Under the pieces are notes generated by a model. The model saw only the letters and a program-made list of their open reading frames with translations. It was not told the origin of the DNA and made no database searches. The position numbers and the translations under genes are program-made. From positions 14,376 to 78,375 of the IMG/VR virus record IMGVR_UViG_3300037325_000137: 64,000 nt of DNA. One strand, written 5' to 3'. Within the stretch, counting starts at the first letter, position 1; every line of letters starts with the position of its first letter. Shown in pieces: positions 59,023-64,000 of this stretch. This DNA is from a virus.

Positions 59023-59191
59023 ATAACTAAGTGTAAAATCTGAATAACTAAGTGTGTGAGATATAATCGTAAGTAGATTATTAAACCTTTGTAAGCCACT
59101 AACTGTTGTTTGTTACTAAGTAAAGAAAGAGAGTAGCAACGGTTTTACTGGGCTGGGGGTGTGTTGTTATGGTGCAATAAGCTAACTAAGT
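59023..59191 (+). repeat. ACTAAGT-core direct repeats in non-coding divergence zone
   Basis: ataactaagtgt at 59023 and 59044; actaagt at 59115 and 59185. Confidence 0.55.
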
Positions 59192-59306
59192 AAGTGGTTA
59201 TAAGGTTGTTAACGCCATTCCTTATTAAGGGTAAAGTTTTAGTGATAAATTAGTATTAACCTTAATAATTAGGCTATATTTGTAAAAACTTTACCTTATA
59301 TAAGGA

Positions 59307-59849
59307 ATGGGATATTTGATTGATTATAGTGATATTAATTCGTTTTTAGATAGTGCTATGGACGTTAAGAATGTTGGTAGTGTTAGTGTTAGTGATGGTG
59401 GTTCTTTAACTTCTTGGTCTTATAGTTCTCGTCAGGGTAAGTTTAGATTATCTAGATTTTTCCCTAGCGAGTTTATGGAAGAGGTAAGTATAACTGAAAT
59501 GGGCATGTTGTTTTTTTTGGTTTACCATTTAGTACCTAAAGGGGTAAGTGGTCATGAGGGTTATCTTTTTGATATGGATATGAATACTGTTAAGGATGGT
59601 TCTGGCAAGGGTGTGTCTAAGGACACTTTCTTTAGTTTCAGAAATAAGCTTTTGTTTTATAAAATCGTTTACAAAGTAAATAAGTTTAAGGAAGATGACG
59701 GTAGCATTGCTAGGACAAAGTATTTGTTTAATCCTAGATATGTGGATAAGAGTCCAACAGTAATTTTAAAAGGTGGTGACAAACCTAGCCATGAGCTAAT
59801 GAGTAATTATAAAAATATAGACAAGCCAAACTTTGGCGTTAAAGATTAA
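59307..59849 (+). CDS. Hypothetical DNA-binding/Rep-like protein
   Basis: TATATTTG promoter motif at ~59276; YLFNPRY motif reminiscent of RepL-type wHTH proteins. Confidence 0.4.
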   Translation: MGYLIDYSDINSFLDSAMDVKNVGSVSVSDGGSLTSWSYSSRQGKFRLSRFFPSEFMEEVSITEMGMLFFLVYHLVPKGVSGHEGYLFDMDMNTVKDGSGKGVSKDTFFSFRNKLLFYKIVYKVNKFKEDDGSIARTKYLFNPRYVDKSPTVILKGGDKPSHELMSNYKNIDKPNFGVKD

Positions 59850-59854
59850 AATTT

Positions 59855-60061
59855 ATGAAAGTTGAATTAGATAGAAAAGGATTAGAAACATTAGTAAAAG
59901 GTAGCCAACCTTATTACAATGATTTTGAAAACGAGTTAGTAAAAAAAGCTGGACACTCTTATAATGATCAATATGGTAGGACTAGTTGGCACAACTTAAG
60001 TGACCTTACAGAAAAAGAACTCTATAATTTATATGAAATATGTAGGAATAGTTGGACTTAA
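59855..60061 (+). CDS. Hypothetical protein, probably cassette-derived
   Basis: Followed immediately by GCCTAAC core and an att arm. Confidence 0.55.
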   Translation: MKVELDRKGLETLVKGSQPYYNDFENELVKKAGHSYNDQYGRTSWHNLSDLTEKELYNLYEICRNSWT

Positions 60062-60148
60062 ATGTTGCCTAACGTCAAGGCTAAAGTTAGTAGCCGTTAA
60101 TTACTAACCATCAAACTATAACTAGACCTATTTGGGCATTTTAAAATT

Positions 60149-60313
60149 ATGAATAACTTAAGGTTTTGGAGAAAATTAAAAGGATGTACTTGGTATAAGC
60201 ACCGATTTACTAAAGATGCAAACGAGTTGACTTTTGCAGAAGGAAAAACTTGGTGGGCAAGGTATGGCAAAATTAATAGGTACTCTGATCTAGTAGGAAC
60301 AGAAGTTTATTAA
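60149..60313 (+). CDS. 54-aa cassette protein (not in ORF track)
   Basis: MNNLRFWRKLKGCTWYKHRFTKDANELTFAEGKTWWARYGKINRYSDLVGTEVY. Confidence 0.55.
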   Translation: MNNLRFWRKLKGCTWYKHRFTKDANELTFAEGKTWWARYGKINRYSDLVGTEVY

Positions 60314-60374
60314 ATGGCTTACAACGTACCGCAGATAAGATTAGTTGCGTGAATAATAACTTAAATTAATAGAA

Positions 60375-60527
60375 ATGAAAAACAGAATAATTGAAATATG
60401 TGAGTTAGGAAAACCACAAAGTATAATTCATAGAGAAAATGAACCGATTACAGAACTAATCAAAACCACTGACTTAGTAGAAGAACTTAACAAGCAATTA
60501 ATTTTATCTGGTGTTGTAGCCAGTTAA
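60375..60527 (+). CDS. 50-aa protein encoded in att loop and arm (not in ORF track)
   Basis: MKNRIIEICELGKPQ...NKQLILSGVVAS. Confidence 0.5.
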   Translation: MKNRIIEICELGKPQSIIHRENEPITELIKTTDLVEELNKQLILSGVVAS

Positions 60528-60540
60528 TTAAATATATAAA

Positions 60541-60762
60541 ATGAAAGTAGAAAGAAAATATACAGCGATGCAGATATCGACAAAAACCGTTGACAATACT
60601 GTAAAAGTAAGCTTTGAATATGGTGAAATTACAGGACCATATTATAGCCAAGAACACCCGACAGAGGTTTTTGACACGGAGGACGAGGCAATAGCCTACG
60701 CATATAAGTACTGCAAATATTGTAGATGGATGATTGTTCCAATAGTTACTTTTGATAACTAG
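60541..60762 (+). CDS. Cassette hypothetical protein
   Basis: 73 aa between matched cassette ends. Confidence 0.6.
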   Translation: MKVERKYTAMQISTKTVDNTVKVSFEYGEITGPYYSQEHPTEVFDTEDEAIAYAYKYCKYCRWMIVPIVTFDN

Positions 60763-60812
60763 ACCTTAATTGGCTACAACATCGGATAAACTCAATAAAA
60801 AATATAAATAAA

Positions 60813-62522
60813 TTGCATAAGCCTTACCTAGATCAACAAATAGAGATTGATAAAATGATTGCTTTTGTTCAAGGCAAGTCACAAAAAAAAGCTCTTTTTG
60901 TTTACCCCACTTCATACGGAAAGAGTATTTTAATTGCTAATGTTGCTGCTGCTTTTCCAGAAAAGTGGTTTATAAACATTGTTCCTAAAAAAGAATTACT
61001 TGAACAGAATTATGAAAAGTACATAGGATATGGCTACAAAGCTTCTATTTGCTCTGCTAGTTTAGGTAAAAAAGATTTAGGCAAAGTTACATTTGCTACC
61101 ATAGGAACAATAAAAAAATACATTGACTTTTACATAGATAAAGAGGTTGTTATACTTTGTGATGAAGCTCATAACAACTCTTTAAAAGAATCTCAACTAC
61201 ATGTGTTTTACGAGCAAATAAAAAAGTGTAGACTCATAGGTGTTACCGCTACCCCTTTAAGACTAGACAAAGGTTGGCTAAAGATGATGAATAGAATGAT
61301 GGACTGTTTTTATTCATCAATAGAAAGTATAGTTCAAATAAAAGATATTGTAGATAAAGGTAGGTGGAGTCCTATTAGGTATGAAGTAGAAGACCTAGAT
61401 GAAACAATGCTAGAGCTTAATACTACTGGCAATGATTATACTCAAAAGTCATTAGAACTCTTTTACGCTAAAAACGATATAGTTTCTAAATGCGTTGCTG
61501 CGGTAAATAAACTTTTTTCAGAAGGTAATGAATCTTGCATAGTTTATTTGGCAAGCGTTAAAGAAGCTGAACAAGTAGCTTTTTTATTAGATGGGTTTGA
61601 GGTTCTTCATGGTAAAACCAAAAAAAAGGATCGAACTAGAATTATAAAAGATTTTAAAGAAGGTAGGCTAAAAGGAATATCTAACGTAGGTGTTTTAATT
61701 GAGGGTTTTGATAAACCAAATTTATCAAGTGCTGTAATGGCAAGACCTACTAATTCATTAATTATATGGTATCAGATAGTTGGTCGTTTAGTAAGAAAGT
61801 TTGAAGGTAAAGAGTTTGCTACTATAATAGATCTTAGCGGAAGCTATAATAGTTTCGGTAGAGTTGAAGACATTACTTTTGAAAACCAACCATACACTAA
61901 AGGGTATCAAGCTTGGAATGGCGACAAAATGCTTACTGGCTATTCTTTAAAGGATGGCTACCAACCTACAAGGAAACAAGAAATATCTAAATTTAATTAT
62001 ACCCAACGCAAAAAAGAAAACGACTTATTAAAAGCCGAACAAGGCTATCTAATGCACTTTGGTAAGCATAGCGGTAAAAGTATTAAAGAAATAGCTAAAA
62101 CAGATTCTAGCTATCTGAAATGGACACTCACAGAAGCTAAATGGTCTTTTGATACTAAAAACATGATTGAGTATCGTGATGCTGTTATTGAAGAGCTGGG
62201 ATTAAAATCTATATTTGATATGACTATCCTTATTTTAGTCGATAAAGATTTTGATGTTTACAAGCTATATCTGGAAAGAATAAATCATTTTTTATCTAGT
62301 AACAAAAACTTTGCTGTTTTAGATGGTATAGATAGACGTAAAGACGATATACTTAAAACTTGTATTGCTGGCAGTAAAGATTTTCTAGGATTAGAATATG
62401 ATGGTAATATGAAAGTTGTTGATGGAGTAATTGCTTTTTATAACGGTAAGTGCGCTAGGACTATGTGTAAAATAGACGAAGCAAAAGCTTTAGGTATTAA
62501 CGTTAAAATAGTAGAATACTAA
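60813..62522 (+). CDS. SF2 DExH helicase (YejH/RadD-like) with DUF3820-like and possible SLOG-like C-terminal domains
   Basis: PTSYGKS, DEAH, TATP, EGFD.P, QIVGRLVR; MHFGKHSGKSI..I...DSSYLKW; VIAFYNGK..RT...I..AK..GI.VKIV. Confidence 0.88.
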   Translation: MHKPYLDQQIEIDKMIAFVQGKSQKKALFVYPTSYGKSILIANVAAAFPEKWFINIVPKKELLEQNYEKYIGYGYKASICSASLGKKDLGKVTFATIGTIKKYIDFYIDKEVVILCDEAHNNSLKESQLHVFYEQIKKCRLIGVTATPLRLDKGWLKMMNRMMDCFYSSIESIVQIKDIVDKGRWSPIRYEVEDLDETMLELNTTGNDYTQKSLELFYAKNDIVSKCVAAVNKLFSEGNESCIVYLASVKEAEQVAFLLDGFEVLHGKTKKKDRTRIIKDFKEGRLKGISNVGVLIEGFDKPNLSSAVMARPTNSLIIWYQIVGRLVRKFEGKEFATIIDLSGSYNSFGRVEDITFENQPYTKGYQAWNGDKMLTGYSLKDGYQPTRKQEISKFNYTQRKKENDLLKAEQGYLMHFGKHSGKSIKEIAKTDSSYLKWTLTEAKWSFDTKNMIEYRDAVIEELGLKSIFDMTILILVDKDFDVYKLYLERINHFLSSNKNFAVLDGIDRRKDDILKTCIAGSKDFLGLEYDGNMKVVDGVIAFYNGKCARTMCKIDEAKALGINVKIVEY

Positions 62523-62863
62523 TGAGACTACATGGAAGAGCTAGGTTAGATTTTAATGATTGGATTTTAGAAGAGGACTCTAATTTTAAAATTGTTGATT
62601 ACGGAGTTTTGGTTTTAGGTTTAATACCTTTTGATGACTTACCCGAATTTATTATATACTCTTGTTATCGAAGGTGGCTATCTAGTGTGTCAATAGAGAT
62701 TGGTAGACACGATACAAATAGTTGGTGGTTATATACCGACAATAAAAAATACACAGCAGAAAATAGCTGTATTGACATTAGAATAAAACGAGAAATATCT
62801 ACTCTGCATAGAGCTATGGAGATTTATAATGAATACTCAATATATTCAAAAAGAAAACCCTAA
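62522..62863 (+). CDS. Hypothetical protein
   Basis: 113-aa ORF coupled to helicase. Confidence 0.5.
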   Translation: MRLHGRARLDFNDWILEEDSNFKIVDYGVLVLGLIPFDDLPEFIIYSCYRRWLSSVSIEIGRHDTNSWWLYTDNKKYTAENSCIDIRIKREISTLHRAMEIYNEYSIYSKRKP

Positions 62864-62886
62864 CAAATTAATGCTAGGGTTTTTTT
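62855..62886. terminator. Bidirectional terminator
   Basis: aaaaccctaaca/tgctagggtttttt between convergent genes. Confidence 0.7.
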
Positions 62887-62913
62887 ATTAGATAAATCGT
62901 CTTTATCTAGATG

Positions 62914-63291
62914 TTAGCGTTTCAAAGGTACTACTAAATCTGGACTACAATTATGATATTTATTTTTAATTGTTATTCGACTTTCTTTATTGGTATATGC
63001 GTATTTAAAGACTGTCTTAGAACTAATTTTAATTGCTTTATAAAAATTTAGATCAGCTTCCTGTTTGACGGTAAAGCTTGATTTATGAAAAGAAATAAAA
63101 TTAGCTAAATACGATTCTGATACTAATAGAGCATCTTGTACTTGTAGATCAACTGAATCAAAAGATACAGCGTCAAAATGATTTTCTGTTTCAAAAACAC
63201 CATTGTCAATGTTTGCTACAACGTTTGTTGCGCTAACACTCGAAATCATGACAAAAGCAAAAAAGAGTAATATAATTTTCTTCATGTTCAA
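62914..63291 (-). CDS. Secreted protein with signal peptide
   Basis: MKKIILLFFAFVMISSVSA. Confidence 0.55.
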   Translation of the reverse strand: MNMKKIILLFFAFVMISSVSATNVVANIDNGVFETENHFDAVSFDSVDLQVQDALLVSESYLANFISFHKSSFTVKQEADLNFYKAIKISSKTVFKYAYTNKESRITIKNKYHNCSPDLVVPLKR

Positions 63292-63409
63292 ATATAGTTC
63301 ATTTTAATTAAAAAAACCTCAACACATTAAAGCATTGAGGTTTAGTAGTAGATGGGTCATTTACGAACCATCAGCATTCTTTGTACGCATGGCACAGGAA
63401 TTTATAAAA

Positions 63410-64000
63410 CGGAGCGTAAAACTTACTCATCGCTTTTGCGTGGGTGAGATGTAAGCGACAAAGGTAACGATTAACCTTGACTTAAAATATATTGACGAAT
63501 GGTATCTGGGGATGCTTCACCGATTGAACAAACGAAGTAACCAGTACTCTCTACGAAGTAATGTTGGGTGTAATTGCCAAATATGTTTAGTAGATTGTTG
63601 TTTTAACCTACGAACTATTTGTGATATGGATAACCTTGGAATATAACGGATAAGAAAATGTATATGATTAATATCTGACTCAAATACTTCTACGCTAAAA
63701 TCTGAATTATCTATGATATTGTTGAATATTGTGTACATATCTTGTTTGAGTTGATTAACCAATAATGGTTTACGATACTTTTTAACTAAAATGATGTGTG
63801 CTTTTAGGTAATGTTTTGAATGGTTTGTAGAAATGTAATTTGTTTGCATAATGTAGTATTTAGTTTAAATTATTTACAACCGAAGACGGAATGATTTAAA
63901 CTAAATACGGTATTAATTAAAATATATTTACAAAAACCTTACTATTTGTAAAATAATTGTAACTTTACAGAATATTAGACTATTTAATAATAGATGAAAG
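63410..64000. mobile_element. IS200/IS605-family element, left part
   Basis: tnpA plus subterminal hairpin-like sequence ~63422-63456; divergent ATG at 63994 may start tnpB. Confidence 0.7.
63471..63849 (-). pseudogene. tnpA: Y1 transposase, frameshifted by small deletion near 63541
   Basis: HIILVKKYRK, NHIHFL (HuH); the C-terminus GYFVCSIGEASPDTIRQYILSQG with catalytic Tyr lies in another frame. Confidence 0.85.

Larger units (their letters stand above)
60067..60780. mobile_element. Satellite cassette cluster in reverse orientation
   Basis: Truncated att9-like site 60070-60132; att1-like site 60319-60522; matching ends gttgtagccagttaa / ttaattggctacaac. Confidence 0.8.

Noticed and set aside
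63345-63410. tRNA remnant beside the IS end
   Set aside because: Only a short GATGG/CCATC stem; no D or anticodon arms recognisable
1-64000. Stop-codon reassignment
   Set aside because: Long genes are intact in code 11 and TAG, TGA and TAA all end genes; only one isolated in-frame TAA was seen

Overview
AT-rich segment of a Bacteroidota (probably Flavobacteriaceae) tailed-phage genome, standard genetic code, almost all genes on the - strand. Left to right: lysis genes (amidase, holin-like), portal, terminase, HNH endonuclease, three ejection-type proteins (one of 3044 aa), tail nozzle/ring proteins, major capsid and scaffold (podovirus with crAss-like structural gene types); a lambda-like replication/recombination block (initiator with internal repeats, DnaC-like ATPase, SMC-like ATPase, exonuclease, ERF); about 9 kb of small early genes; a 1.1 kb non-coding divergence zone; an SF2 helicase; a damaged IS200/IS605 tnpA. 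Main result: an integron-like system. An intact tyrosine recombinase (42566-43375) that lacks the IntI-specific insertion sits beside an attI-like site (~43418) and 16 tandem gene cassettes (43419-49687). Each cassette ends in an imperfect hairpin site (YAAC...GTT). The first ~10-14 nt of a cassette pair with its own R''-like box, and the stems carry conserved A.C (top) / G.T (bottom) mismatches. Cassette genes point toward the integrase, opposite to canonical integrons, and often start inside the att loop. Cassettes of the same type also occur at 29.1-29.4 kb and 60.1-60.8 kb. All calls were made by eye; no searches or folding programs were run.
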